IMG/VR virus record: IMGVR_UViG_3300042922_000850
Coordinates: 102,759-166,758 of that record
Source of the DNA: a virus
DNA: 64,000 bases
Strand: one strand, 5' to 3'
Shown: positions 1 through 9,185 of the stretch, piece by piece
Numbering within the stretch: the first letter of the stretch is position 1
Layout of the letters: each line of letters begins with the position of its first letter
Made by a program: the position numbers and the translations under genes
Notes under the pieces: generated by a model
What the model saw: only the letters and a program-made list of their open reading frames with translations
What the model was told of the DNA's origin: nothing
The model's database searches: none

Positions 1-420
1 GAGATAAAAACGGAAGAATCATTCAAAACACTTATGTATGGACAACCTGTAGAATTTGACATGCAAACTACGGGGACAGCAAAGGATCGTGTTATCGCGG
101 TTAATATAAAGCCAATGCCATTTATTAACGAGAATACGAATAAGCCATTTCTATTGACAAGCTTTGTTGAATTTACAGATGAATCACCTTTAGGCTGCAC
201 CTTGCAAGAGTTTCAAACAGTTATTGGTTCCAAGGAGAAGAAGGGTATTAAACATATCTTTTCCTATCCGAGCTCCGGAATGCTCTTAGGACTTAGTCGT
301 CCTGCCTCAGATTTTAATGGTCAGGAATTGAGCCGGATAGCAGAAACTATTCTTGATAACCGGTATAGGAAGATCATAGAAACAGGAGACTGGCTTAGTT
401 ACGATATATTACAAGTATAA
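1..420 (+). CDS. Cold-shock (CSD/OB-fold) domain protein with C-terminal extension, 5'-truncated by window edge
   Basis: Frame is open from base 1: EIKTEESFKTLMYGQPVEFDMQ...AVNIKP matches the CSP C-terminal pattern FKTLxEGQxVEF...AxNV. Confidence 0.65.
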   Translation, partial: EIKTEESFKTLMYGQPVEFDMQTTGTAKDRVIAVNIKPMPFINENTNKPFLLTSFVEFTDESPLGCTLQEFQTVIGSKEKKGIKHIFSYPSSGMLLGLSRPASDFNGQELSRIAETILDNRYRKIIETGDWLSYDILQV

Positions 421-432
421 GGTGGGTGTTTT

Positions 433-867
433 ATGGACCGAAGAGAGATATTAACTAATAAGGCAATTTGCGTTTGCGTAGAAGCGCGAAAAGCTGTCGA
501 GCGGCAAACCGTTAAAATGGGATCAGCTAACGAAAAAAGACAAAAGGGCATAATAGGTTTGATTTTTGACACGGAAAGTATTTTGAAAAAATCTCATATT
601 GAAAGAAACACGACAGTTTCGCTAGAATATCTGGAAAAGGGTCTAAATAATATATGCCTAATTGATTTAAAAATGAAGGGGATGAAAAATATTTATAGCC
701 CTGTGCGCGAGATATTCCCGGAGATTGTTAAATGTACCGTCAAACTTGCCCACGACGCAGACAATGCGGGCAGCGTAGACGATGTGAACGGTATTTTCAT
801 TCCCTTCCCTTCTCCGGAACAATTTGCTAACCTTGCAAGACAGCTATTTTCAAGAGGAGGTGAGTAA
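433..867 (+). CDS. Hypothetical protein, possible degenerate receiver (REC) domain
   Basis: LIFDTE...ICLIDLKMKGM...IPFPSPEQFANLARQLF resembles REC beta1, phospho-Asp strand and KPF-helix5, but lacks the conserved Lys. Confidence 0.4.
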   Translation: MDRREILTNKAICVCVEARKAVERQTVKMGSANEKRQKGIIGLIFDTESILKKSHIERNTTVSLEYLEKGLNNICLIDLKMKGMKNIYSPVREIFPEIVKCTVKLAHDADNAGSVDDVNGIFIPFPSPEQFANLARQLFSRGGE

Positions 868-1071
868 ATGGATTATTATCAGGAAAAATACGAAACACTA
901 TTACGCGATTATAAGAAGCTACAAAGGAAATGCGACGATTTAGAGGAGAATAATCGGAAACTGTATGACCAGTTAGATAGTGCAAATTTCCGAATAAGAC
1001 AAGAATTGGAGCCCAGAATAAAACGCGAAGGAAGAAGATATGATGCGTGGGTAACTGATCCAGAAAGATAG
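868..1071 (+). CDS. Small coiled-coil hypothetical protein
   Basis: GGAGG RBS, heptad-rich sequence. Confidence 0.7.
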   Translation: MDYYQEKYETLLRDYKKLQRKCDDLEENNRKLYDQLDSANFRIRQELEPRIKREGRRYDAWVTDPER

Positions 1072-1096
1072 GAAATAAGTTTAATTTGAAAGGAGG

Positions 1097-1372
1097 ATGT
1101 TTATGTTATTAAAGCAAGTCGTTAAAGATATAGGAGTCGAGGTAGAGAGTCATTATATCAGTACACGTAGGATATTTGATATTAACTTTATCAATTCTGA
1201 TTTATATCAAATATTTAATATTAGCTTTATCAATTCTGATGGAGACAATGACGAAACTCAGTTTGAGGCACAAAACATCGATGAGTTAGATGCGCTGTAT
1301 ACCGAGTTTTGTAAAGAGAATGGGTTTAAAACTGACACAGTGTATGGTATAACCATCGTTGCGCCAGATTAA
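1097..1372 (+). CDS. Hypothetical protein (internal 10-aa duplication)
   Basis: ORF in operon orientation; IFDINFINSD/IFNISFINSD repeat; start uncertain. Confidence 0.6.
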   Translation: MFMLLKQVVKDIGVEVESHYISTRRIFDINFINSDLYQIFNISFINSDGDNDETQFEAQNIDELDALYTEFCKENGFKTDTVYGITIVAPD

Positions 1373-1391
1373 AATTAATGGAGGAAAGAAT

Positions 1392-1670
1392 ATGAAAATG
1401 AATGTTATTTTTAAATGTGGGGGAGTAATGGTAAACAAACATTCTGATGGCGGTAAACACAATGGGTGGAATAATCCATTTGGGGAAAATTTGCCGGCTG
1501 TAGGAGATTATATTGAACTTGGAGAGCACACAGAAAAATTTACTCATTTAGAATATACCCCAATGAAAAGATATATTGTAAAATCAAGGGCATTTTCTGC
1601 CATTGAAGATAGCAATAATCTTTATTCTTCGCCAACCTGTGTAATTGAATTGGAGGAAGTGTCTAAGTAA
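1392..1670 (+). CDS. Hypothetical protein
   Basis: GGAGG RBS before ATG at 1392. Confidence 0.7.
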   Translation: MKMNVIFKCGGVMVNKHSDGGKHNGWNNPFGENLPAVGDYIELGEHTEKFTHLEYTPMKRYIVKSRAFSAIEDSNNLYSSPTCVIELEEVSK

Positions 1671-1703
1671 CCATTTCTATAAACAAAGACTTCGTGAGGT
1701 AAA

Positions 1704-2081
1704 ATGATGATCAGATGTAGTAACTCGGCTCTTTTACGAACAAACTGTTGTGTGGAGTGTGCGGCTCAAAACTTAGAGGACGAACGATGTTCCTGTATTA
1801 TTGCAGAGGAGTTAGGATTTGATAAATGGAAAATTGTAAAGTACTGCAAGTATGCGGTTTTAATAAGAGGATGGAGAGCAAGTAGCGAAGTTCATTTCGG
1901 TGACAAAGAACAGAAATTCGATGATAAAGAACAGAAAGTGGGTGGCAAAATTCGTTTTAACGGCGAAGAACATGAAGTGGAAGTAGAGATAAAGGACGAC
2001 CAGTTATTTATTCACTTCTCGGAGGGTGCTAACACATCAAATTGGTATCACGCCGTATATATTGACCACAAACGCAGCTAA
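1704..2081 (+). CDS. Hypothetical Cys-rich protein
   Basis: GAGGT RBS; N-terminal Cys cluster. Confidence 0.65.
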   Translation: MMIRCSNSALLRTNCCVECAAQNLEDERCSCIIAEELGFDKWKIVKYCKYAVLIRGWRASSEVHFGDKEQKFDDKEQKVGGKIRFNGEEHEVEVEIKDDQLFIHFSEGANTSNWYHAVYIDHKRS

Positions 2082-2476
2082 TGTTAAGAAAGGATGATAG
2101 TAGCATGTCAATTGCAAAGAAGGACAGATTTATAAACACAAATTTAAGACTAGCTCTTACATTCCAAGGCAGAGAAGTTTCCTTCCCTCCAGAAGCTTTT
2201 TATTATGAAGGGAATGAATATATTATTCTCGGGAAATCAAACAAGGATGACCTAATCCCTATTAATGTGACGGACATCGAAATGCAAAAGATTGTTACGA
2301 TGGGAGAGTTAGGGCAATATATCTGCACAAACATCGCAGGAGATATATTTGATGCTTGTATATATAGAGGAGAAGATGGTGAGCACGCCTTCCTGCTTGC
2401 AATCCGAACAAGAGAGAAACCGGAGAAACAAAAGGGCGCACAAACCACAACAGGAAAGACGGAGGATGGAGAATAA
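2081..2476 (+). CDS. Hypothetical protein
   Basis: TAATG overlaps with both neighbours (translational coupling). Confidence 0.65.
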   Translation: MLRKDDSSMSIAKKDRFINTNLRLALTFQGREVSFPPEAFYYEGNEYIILGKSNKDDLIPINVTDIEMQKIVTMGELGQYICTNIAGDIFDACIYRGEDGEHAFLLAIRTREKPEKQKGAQTTTGKTEDGE

Positions 2477-3495
2477 TGAAATTAATGTATTTTACGGACC
2501 CACATGTACGTGTGAAATCTCCCCTATATCGATTAGATGATTACGGGGAACGTATTCTCAAGAAACTTAATTACGTGGCGCAATTGGGCCATGAACACAA
2601 CGTAGACGGATATATCTGTGGCGGTGATATACTTGACCGCCCGGATATACCATATTCAATGATGGCGAAACTCATATCTGTTCTAATAAAATTTGAAAAG
2701 CCAATTTATACCGTTATTGGAAATCATGAGGAATTCGGATACAACCCAAATTCACACCCACGTACAGCATTATCTATTGTGACAGCGTCAGGGTTGCTTA
2801 CAAGACTTTCAATGAACAACCCCATCATTCTTACGGACGCTCTGGGAAACAAAGTGTCTTTAACCGGATGCGACGCACATTCCGAACTTGATAAGTATGG
2901 CAGAGTATCTGATTATGTAGATATACCAGAGGTTACAAACGCAGTAAGAATTCATGTTGTGCATGGGTTCCTGGCGAAGCGCCCATGGCCTCAAGTGCCT
3001 GTCACCACAATCGACGATATTTTACACACAAAAGCACATCTTGTTCTTTCTGGCCACGAACACAGCGGTTTCGGAGTAGTCAGAAAGGGCGGGAAAGTGT
3101 TTTGTAATCCGGGTGCACTTGGTCGTGTAACTGCGTCGGTAGGTGATGTAAATTTGGATGTTAAAGTTGCTTTGATTGATACAGGAGTAGCTGTTGATAG
3201 TGACGGAATTAATATCGACCTTCTTAAATTCCCTATTGAAATTGCTCCTCCGGCAAACGAGGTTATTGATCGCGAGAAACTTGAATTGGAAAAAGAGCAT
3301 AAACAAGCGCAGGCTGCATTCGTGGCATCTGCAAAAGAAGCAATCAAGAAATTTAATTTTGAAGAGGGATTTAACCTTTATTCAATGCTTGATTTCCTTA
3401 TCCTTGAAGATGAAATTCCGGAAGAAGTACAGAAACTCATGAGATATTATATTGAGAAGGCAGAGGAAGAATTATCGAAAGGCGGCGGAGAATAA
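2476..3495 (+). CDS. sbcD: SbcD/Mre11-family metallophosphoesterase DNA repair nuclease
   Basis: Phosphoesterase motifs TDPH, GGDILD, IGNHE, VVHG, SGHEH, NPGAL; Rad50-like ATPase halves downstream. Confidence 0.88.
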   Translation: MKLMYFTDPHVRVKSPLYRLDDYGERILKKLNYVAQLGHEHNVDGYICGGDILDRPDIPYSMMAKLISVLIKFEKPIYTVIGNHEEFGYNPNSHPRTALSIVTASGLLTRLSMNNPIILTDALGNKVSLTGCDAHSELDKYGRVSDYVDIPEVTNAVRIHVVHGFLAKRPWPQVPVTTIDDILHTKAHLVLSGHEHSGFGVVRKGGKVFCNPGALGRVTASVGDVNLDVKVALIDTGVAVDSDGINIDLLKFPIEIAPPANEVIDREKLELEKEHKQAQAAFVASAKEAIKKFNFEEGFNLYSMLDFLILEDEIPEEVQKLMRYYIEKAEEELSKGGGE

Positions 3496-3501
3496 TACCT
3501 C

Positions 3502-3681
3502 ATGGATGAAAAATTAAAGCAAAAATTAAAAGACCACATCGACAGTCTTAAGCCAAAGGAAATAGCAGAAATTAAATATTCTGAGTGCGGGATTTGTTTA
3601 GACCCAAAAGAATGCGGGAAAACAACTTTGGAAAACTGCAAAAGAAAGTTAAGAAAACATCTGAAAGATGGTTTATCATAA
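3502..3681 (+). CDS. Small 59-aa Cys4 protein (not in ORF track)
   Basis: MDEKLKQK...CGICLDPKECGKTTLENCKRK...GLS*; GGAG upstream; Cx2Cx5Cx7C. Confidence 0.6.
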   Translation: MDEKLKQKLKDHIDSLKPKEIAEIKYSECGICLDPKECGKTTLENCKRKLRKHLKDGLS

Positions 3682-3704
3682 TTTGTTATCGTGCTTTATT
3701 TTGT

Positions 3705-3735
3705 TGCAGAGCTCTGCATACAGTGCGATAATAAA
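3705..3735 (+). promoter_or_regulatory. Palindrome TGCAGAGCTCTGCA followed by extended -10-like GTGCGATAATAAA
   Basis: Perfect 14-bp palindrome 3705-3718; same layout as 7356-7410 and 21560-21653. Confidence 0.45.
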
Positions 3736-3752
3736 TTAATGGAGGTGCAGAT

Positions 3753-4277
3753 ATGAAAGCAGATAAAGAATTAACATTGGAAGAGATAGGGGGAGGAATA
3801 GCTCAGCTTATAACCGACACTATTAATAAAAACCCTTCAGTTAATGTCCGTAATGATTCCGAGGGCAGGGATATTTTGAAAAATCGGATACTTGAATTTG
3901 CGGAAGAATTTATAAAAGTCGACCCTTTGCTTAAGATTGATAATGAAACACACACAATTTATATTTACGATATTTTTGACATGAATATCTTAACAAGAGC
4001 TCCTCTCACTTATCCTGAAATTAAAATGAACTGCGAGTATAAAGTTATAGCAGAAGATGATAAGGTGTTTGGGACAATAGTTTGGGAACGTGAAGAGAAG
4101 GAGTGTAGCTTTACCTTTACCACATGTTACACTCCTTCTCAGACGCTAGAGTATATTTCACTAGCAATAAATGTGAAAGGAGGTGAAGAGCAACATGATG
4201 GAGAAATATGGAACAGATATGGAGAATCTTCCATTGACGGACGATCAGTACCGTCAATTGATGAGATTAGCTTCTGA
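3753..4277 (+). CDS. Hypothetical protein
   Basis: GGAGGT RBS, 174-aa ORF. Confidence 0.7.
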   Translation: MKADKELTLEEIGGGIAQLITDTINKNPSVNVRNDSEGRDILKNRILEFAEEFIKVDPLLKIDNETHTIYIYDIFDMNILTRAPLTYPEIKMNCEYKVIAEDDKVFGTIVWEREEKECSFTFTTCYTPSQTLEYISLAINVKGGEEQHDGEIWNRYGESSIDGRSVPSIDEISF

Positions 4278-4368
4278 TAATCCGCAGGAAGAATTTAAAA
4301 TGCCTACAAATCGTAAGGCCGCAGATGAATTAATTGAAAAGTTGGCAGGTGAAGCATATGAGAGATAA
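4195..4368 (+). CDS. Small helical protein, paralogous motif to next gene
   Basis: PLTDDQYRQLMRL...TNRKAADELIEKL; AGGAGG RBS. Confidence 0.6.
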   Translation: MMEKYGTDMENLPLTDDQYRQLMRLASDNPQEEFKMPTNRKAADELIEKLAGEAYER

Positions 4369-4678
4369 GCAAGAATATAATTTAGATCAATTTAATCTTT
4401 CAGCATTTGATGAAGTGGCCAGTGAAACAAACCATTCAATAGAAGATGGATTAGATCCAATTACACATGCACAACAGATGACTGTCTACTCTCTATTTGG
4501 GCAGCTGGGACTGGATAAAACTGATTTTAAAATTGAGAAAGTAAGCAAGATGACAAAAGCTCAGGCCATGGACTTAATAGATCAGTTGATTAAAATGCAG
4601 GAAGAAAAAGAAGAAAGAGATGCTGAGGATGACTTTGAAGATTACTATGGAGAAATTGGAGAGGACTTAAAATTTTAA
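4358..4678 (+). CDS. Acidic helical protein sharing PxTxxQ...TKxxAxxLIxxL motif
   Basis: PITHAQQMTVYSLF...MTKAQAMDLIDQL; acidic C-tail. Confidence 0.65.
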   Translation: MRDKQEYNLDQFNLSAFDEVASETNHSIEDGLDPITHAQQMTVYSLFGQLGLDKTDFKIEKVSKMTKAQAMDLIDQLIKMQEEKEERDAEDDFEDYYGEIGEDLKF

Positions 4679-4699
4679 ATGACGAGGGGGGTAAGACCA

Positions 4700-5608
4700 A
4701 TGGACATCGCTACATTGTCGACTGTGAAGGAAGGGTCAAAAATTGATATCCGTGCCATGATCACAGATAAGAAGACATTATTAAAAACAAATAAAGAAAG
4801 TTATCTTTCTTTAGACATTCAGGATGCTACAGGTAAAATAAACTTTCCTATATGGGATAATATCGCTACATTGGATAGCGCATTGGAAGTCGGGACACTT
4901 GTGGATATTGCCGATGCAATCCTCGGTTCATGGAATGGCGCTATCCAGCTGAAAAATCCCAGGTTCCACGTTTTAACAGAAGAGGAGTTAGAGACGGTAG
5001 ACATCAATCAATTTATCCCATCTTATAATATTCCTCCGGAACTGATAGATTATATGGAGCAAACGATTACAAATATGGATGAACCGTATAAAACAATTGC
5101 AACCTGCGCCACAGGAGCGTTGGGCTATAATACTCAGCGATGGAAGGCATTTACTGAATGTGTTGCAGCGGAAAAGCATCACGGAAATAAGCGCGGCGGC
5201 TTATTTCTACATACTTACGGTGTTCTCATTAATTCGGAGAGCGTTATAAATGCATATGTAACAAAACCATTCTTTTGTGACGCAAAAGAAGTTATCAATC
5301 CGTCTCGCCTGCGTTTAAAAGCAATTCTCCACGATATCAAAAAAGTGGATGAATACGAGTACCAAACAAATATCCGAAGAAAACCGGGCAGACCTCTCGG
5401 ACACATTTATGATGGGGTAAGTTATCTAAGCGAAATCAATAAAGAAGCTGGATACGTTTTGTCCAAAGAAGAAGAGAATGATATTGCATGGTCAATCTTA
5501 ACACATCACGGTCAATATGGACCTGCTAATCCTGAGACTTTAGAGGAATGGATATTACACTTGTCAGATATGATAGATAGCAGGGTTGTAGGATCTGTGG
5601 AAAAATAA
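4700..5608 (+). CDS. yhaM: YhaM/Cbf1-family OB-fold + HD-domain 3'-5' exonuclease
   Basis: N-terminal OB fold (YLSLDIQDATGKINFPIWD) and HD motifs HHGNKRGGLFLHT, ILHDIKK, GHI, THHG, LSDMIDS. Confidence 0.85.
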   Translation: MDIATLSTVKEGSKIDIRAMITDKKTLLKTNKESYLSLDIQDATGKINFPIWDNIATLDSALEVGTLVDIADAILGSWNGAIQLKNPRFHVLTEEELETVDINQFIPSYNIPPELIDYMEQTITNMDEPYKTIATCATGALGYNTQRWKAFTECVAAEKHHGNKRGGLFLHTYGVLINSESVINAYVTKPFFCDAKEVINPSRLRLKAILHDIKKVDEYEYQTNIRRKPGRPLGHIYDGVSYLSEINKEAGYVLSKEEENDIAWSILTHHGQYGPANPETLEEWILHLSDMIDSRVVGSVEK

Positions 5609-5622
5609 TAATATCGTATAAG

Positions 5623-5660
5623 AAATAAAAGAGGATGAACAATATCCTCTTTTATTTTAT
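5623..5660 (+). terminator. Intrinsic terminator-like hairpin
   Basis: AAATAAAAGAGGAT-7 nt-ATCCTCTTTTATTT with T-rich tail. Confidence 0.65.
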
Positions 5661-5683
5661 TTAATTAAAAGGAGGATATAAAA

Positions 5684-6193
5684 ATGGAACGAGTTATTTT
5701 AAATAGGCTCAGGGAAGAATTAAAGAGCCTATCAGTAAAGGAAAGAGAAGAGTATGCACAGGAGTTGGGAATTATTTTGGCAGAAAGACCCGTCGCTCGG
5801 ATTGAAACATTGGCAGCGGAAGAGGAAGTAAGTAAAGAAATATCGATCTTTGAGATCAAAGAACTGTTGAGAAAGTTTGGTATGCCAACCAATATCAAGG
5901 GTTATACTTTCGTTGCAGATGCGATCAACCTCTGTCTTACTGATCCATCTTCCAGTGCAGCGTGGGTGAAGTGTATTTATATAGACGTTGCCTTAAAGAA
6001 TGACACCACGCCTTCTCGTGCAGAAAGAGCGATGCGTCATGCAATTGAAATGGTCTGTAATCGTGCTCGAAATGACGGACTATTATATGAAATATTTGAA
6101 GCGGAAATGGATTCCGAGGGCGGCAAAGTTTGCAATAGCCGTTTTGTCTCAGGTCTCGTAGAATATCTTAAAGAAAAGCACTCTATTCAATAA
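5684..6193 (+). CDS. spo0A: Spo0A C-terminal DNA-binding domain protein lacking receiver domain
   Basis: FGMPTNIKGYTFVADAI...TTPSRAERAMRHAIE...NSRFV aligns with Spo0A IGVPAHIKGYLYLREAI...TTASRVERAIRHAIE...NSEFI. Confidence 0.88.
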   Translation: MERVILNRLREELKSLSVKEREEYAQELGIILAERPVARIETLAAEEEVSKEISIFEIKELLRKFGMPTNIKGYTFVADAINLCLTDPSSSAAWVKCIYIDVALKNDTTPSRAERAMRHAIEMVCNRARNDGLLYEIFEAEMDSEGGKVCNSRFVSGLVEYLKEKHSIQ

Positions 6194-6224
6194 AAAATAA
6201 CTTTAAAATGTGGAGGTAATTTAT

Positions 6225-7340
6225 ATGAGTTTCGATGCAAGGGAAACCAACAAGAATAACGTCATAGCAAAATTATTAGGCGAAAATGGAACAAGTAGTA
6301 AACTACTACAATTCACTCAAGATAATCCGGGAGAAAGAATAGGCAATTTTAACAATTTAAGGGATATGGCGTATGATATTCATAAGAACAGCAAGGATTA
6401 TACGGTAGCCTTAAAGGATATGGTAGCTTACTCAGAGATGCGCGATGATATTGAAAATCTGTATTTGGGTGTAGACTTACCGGAGAAATATTTTGATAGT
6501 AAGTTCCTGTTTAGCAACAACGGTTTATCTGGAATTTGCGGACAATTAGATATTCCTGCTGCATACATAAGGAAATGTTTAGAAGAAAATGTTACAGAGC
6601 ATGCAGCTCACACTCTTAATTATTGGATAAGCCGCGCAAAGAACAGTGCAAAAGAGATGCTCCTTCGCACCACTTCGTCCCGTATTCATGGCGTACTATC
6701 AAGTAAATATTCTGTTTTTGATGATCATGAAGTATTTGATATAACGGAAGGTATCCTTGGTCAGCGCAACAATTACGAGGTAAAAAACTATCACCTAGAC
6801 CCTGAGTTCATGAAGCTTCGTATCGTATCTAGAGATAAAGTTAATATCAACGGCAGACCACTAAGCTTCGGTTTTGATATTAATAATTCTAGAGTGGGTA
6901 GAAGTTCGTTAGAATTGAGCGTAATTATCTTCGACCATATCTGTCGTAACGGAATGATCATGGGTGGCGGCGCAGGTTTATTTTATAATAAGAGACATGT
7001 CGGCATAAGCAGAGAGACTTTCGTTACAGAGTTTACCGACATGCTAGACAATGCCCCTGACACAGTCGCTTTTATCCAAAAGGCTATAAATTCGGCAGGC
7101 AATGAAAAATTAAACAGTGAGACAATTCAGCGTTATCTGGATAAGTTTAAGGCCGAGAATATGTCTAAGAATATCAGCGGCAGGGTAGAACAAATGTTTG
7201 CCGAAAAATACGATAACAATTTATTCGGATTTGTAGGTGCGGTAACAGAGGTTGCACAGGACTACAATTTAGAAGTCAGAGAACGAATGGAAAAATTCGC
7301 AGGCACATTAATATATCAGTCCGGTAGAAAAATCTCTTAA
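6225..7340 (+). CDS. DUF932-family phage/plasmid protein
   Basis: NSRVGRSSL...ICRNGM...RH motif typical of DUF932; GGAGGT RBS before ATG 6225. Confidence 0.7.
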   Translation: MSFDARETNKNNVIAKLLGENGTSSKLLQFTQDNPGERIGNFNNLRDMAYDIHKNSKDYTVALKDMVAYSEMRDDIENLYLGVDLPEKYFDSKFLFSNNGLSGICGQLDIPAAYIRKCLEENVTEHAAHTLNYWISRAKNSAKEMLLRTTSSRIHGVLSSKYSVFDDHEVFDITEGILGQRNNYEVKNYHLDPEFMKLRIVSRDKVNINGRPLSFGFDINNSRVGRSSLELSVIIFDHICRNGMIMGGGAGLFYNKRHVGISRETFVTEFTDMLDNAPDTVAFIQKAINSAGNEKLNSETIQRYLDKFKAENMSKNISGRVEQMFAEKYDNNLFGFVGAVTEVAQDYNLEVRERMEKFAGTLIYQSGRKIS

Positions 7341-7355
7341 AACTAAATATTATTT

Positions 7356-7410
7356 CTTCTGACGGGTAATTTTACCCGTCAGAAGTCGTCATAACCGTGC
7401 TATAATAAAA
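7356..7410 (+). promoter_or_regulatory. 14-bp inverted repeat followed by GTCATAAC and extended -10 promoter
   Basis: CTTCTGACGGGTAA-tt-TTACCCGTCAGAAG, no U-tract; GTGCTATAATAAAA at 7397-7410. Confidence 0.55.
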
Positions 7411-7441
7411 TCTCATTAAAAGTTAGGAAGGAGAAAGATTT

Positions 7442-7849
7442 ATGTCTAAATTGGTAAGCGCTAAATGCAAAAAATGCGGGAACTATCTTAATTTTGATAT
7501 TGGAAATATGGATAAAGAAGAAGCTGAGAACTCGCTTAAAGCAATCCGCAGTTGGCAATGTTCTGCCGGCAATCATGTAGAATTGATGTCACCCTTTGAT
7601 TTATACGAATTTGATTGGGATAATATCACAGAGAACGAACCCGTAACAGAAGAACAGTTTCAAGCAGATTTAAAAGAAAAGTTTAAGGAAGTATATTCTT
7701 CTGACGAATTTGGAGAAGCATATAGTATTGATAGCTTTGCTTTAGGGAAGTGCCTTTGCCACCCTCGCAATGGTGACGAGGATAGTATGATCATCTTTGA
7801 CTTTATTCACGGACCAAGCGGAAAGAGATATTATATATCCATGTTATAG
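7442..7849 (+). CDS. Hypothetical protein with putative Zn ribbon
   Basis: CKKC...CSAGNH; AAGGAG RBS. Confidence 0.65.
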   Translation: MSKLVSAKCKKCGNYLNFDIGNMDKEEAENSLKAIRSWQCSAGNHVELMSPFDLYEFDWDNITENEPVTEEQFQADLKEKFKEVYSSDEFGEAYSIDSFALGKCLCHPRNGDEDSMIIFDFIHGPSGKRYYISML

Positions 7850-7865
7850 AAAGGAAACCTCAATT

Positions 7866-9173
7866 ATGAGAAAAATTAAACTGGTAATTCTGCATAATTT
7901 TAAGTCTCATGCTCACAGCGAAATTCCATTCGATGATTTTACTGCGATAATCGGCCCATCGAATAGTGGCAAGTCAACAGTTTTTAAGGCTATTCGTCTG
8001 TGCTTATATAATGAACCATCAGGAGATCGATTCATTACGCATGGCGAAAAATTATGTTATGTAGAGGTAAGATTTGATGATAACTCCGGGATACGAAGAA
8101 CTCGTGGTAAGGATGACCAGGAGATAAACCTCTATGAAATCATTCATACAGATGGTAAAGTTGATCCCTATACAAATTTCGGGGCAGGTCCGGTTGCTCC
8201 CATTATCGCATTTCATGGTATGCCAAAAGTAAATTTATTTGGCGAAGAGGAATGTTTGAATATGGCAGACCAATTTTCTGCACCCTTTTTGCTAACCTCG
8301 ACTTCTGAAAAACGGGCAAAAATGATTGGTAAAATAGCTAAGACTGACGTCGCTGACCTTGCTCTCTCAAATCTTAATTCTGAGGTAAGAAATAGAACTG
8401 CCTTAAAGAAGAAATATACCAAGGAACTCAAAGAAAAACATGAATCACTCAAGGAACTAAAGGATTTGCCTTATGCTGAAAGCTTGATAGATTCGCTAGA
8501 CCTAAAACTTGATAAGGCGAAGAATATCGACAATAGACTAAGGCGAATTATGGTTATACAAAAAGAATTAGAAGCGCTGACGAAGAAAAAAGACAGTCTC
8601 TTTGATTTCATTCAAAAAGAAGCTGACATAAATAATCTGATCAATCAATTAGATGGGATATTGGCCTTAGACCACAGAATGACAAAGATAATAACCATCC
8701 AGAGGAATTTGATAAAGGCTATCGGAGAAAAAGATGCTACGCAAAGATTAATCGATACCGTAGATATGGATCAGCTTGGCGCTATTTGTATAGATATGGA
8801 TAAGCTTCTTTCCGTTACTGCAGATGTATTCCATATTCAAAAGATACAAGAAAAATTAGAGTCAGAGATAAAACGGAAGGGTATCGCAGAAAAAACAATT
8901 AAAGATGTTCCAGATGTTGATCTTATTGTCAGTGAATTGGAAAATTGCCGCTCAACCCTGCTAAGCTTAAACAATATTCTTTCGATTAAGTCAAAACTTG
9001 ATACAGAAAAGTTAAGGGTACCGAGAGGAAGAGAGGTTATAGCAAACCTTGAAAAACAATATACTGGTAAATTCGAAATATATAAGCAAGCTCTGATTGA
9101 TAATAAACAGTGTCCTGTCTGTCAATCAGAAATAACAGAGGAGAAAGTGGCCGCAATCACAGACTTGATGTAA
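7866..9173 (+). CDS. sbcC: SbcC/Rad50-like ATPase, N-terminal half (Walker A, coiled coil, zinc hook at C-terminus)
   Basis: HNFKSH, GPSNSGKS Walker A, Q-loop (ADQF), long coiled coil, CPVC hook ~20 aa before stop; no Walker B. Confidence 0.88.
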   Translation: MRKIKLVILHNFKSHAHSEIPFDDFTAIIGPSNSGKSTVFKAIRLCLYNEPSGDRFITHGEKLCYVEVRFDDNSGIRRTRGKDDQEINLYEIIHTDGKVDPYTNFGAGPVAPIIAFHGMPKVNLFGEEECLNMADQFSAPFLLTSTSEKRAKMIGKIAKTDVADLALSNLNSEVRNRTALKKKYTKELKEKHESLKELKDLPYAESLIDSLDLKLDKAKNIDNRLRRIMVIQKELEALTKKKDSLFDFIQKEADINNLINQLDGILALDHRMTKIITIQRNLIKAIGEKDATQRLIDTVDMDQLGAICIDMDKLLSVTADVFHIQKIQEKLESEIKRKGIAEKTIKDVPDVDLIVSELENCRSTLLSLNNILSIKSKLDTEKLRVPRGREVIANLEKQYTGKFEIYKQALIDNKQCPVCQSEITEEKVAAITDLM

Positions 9174-9185
9174 GGAGGTGGCATA

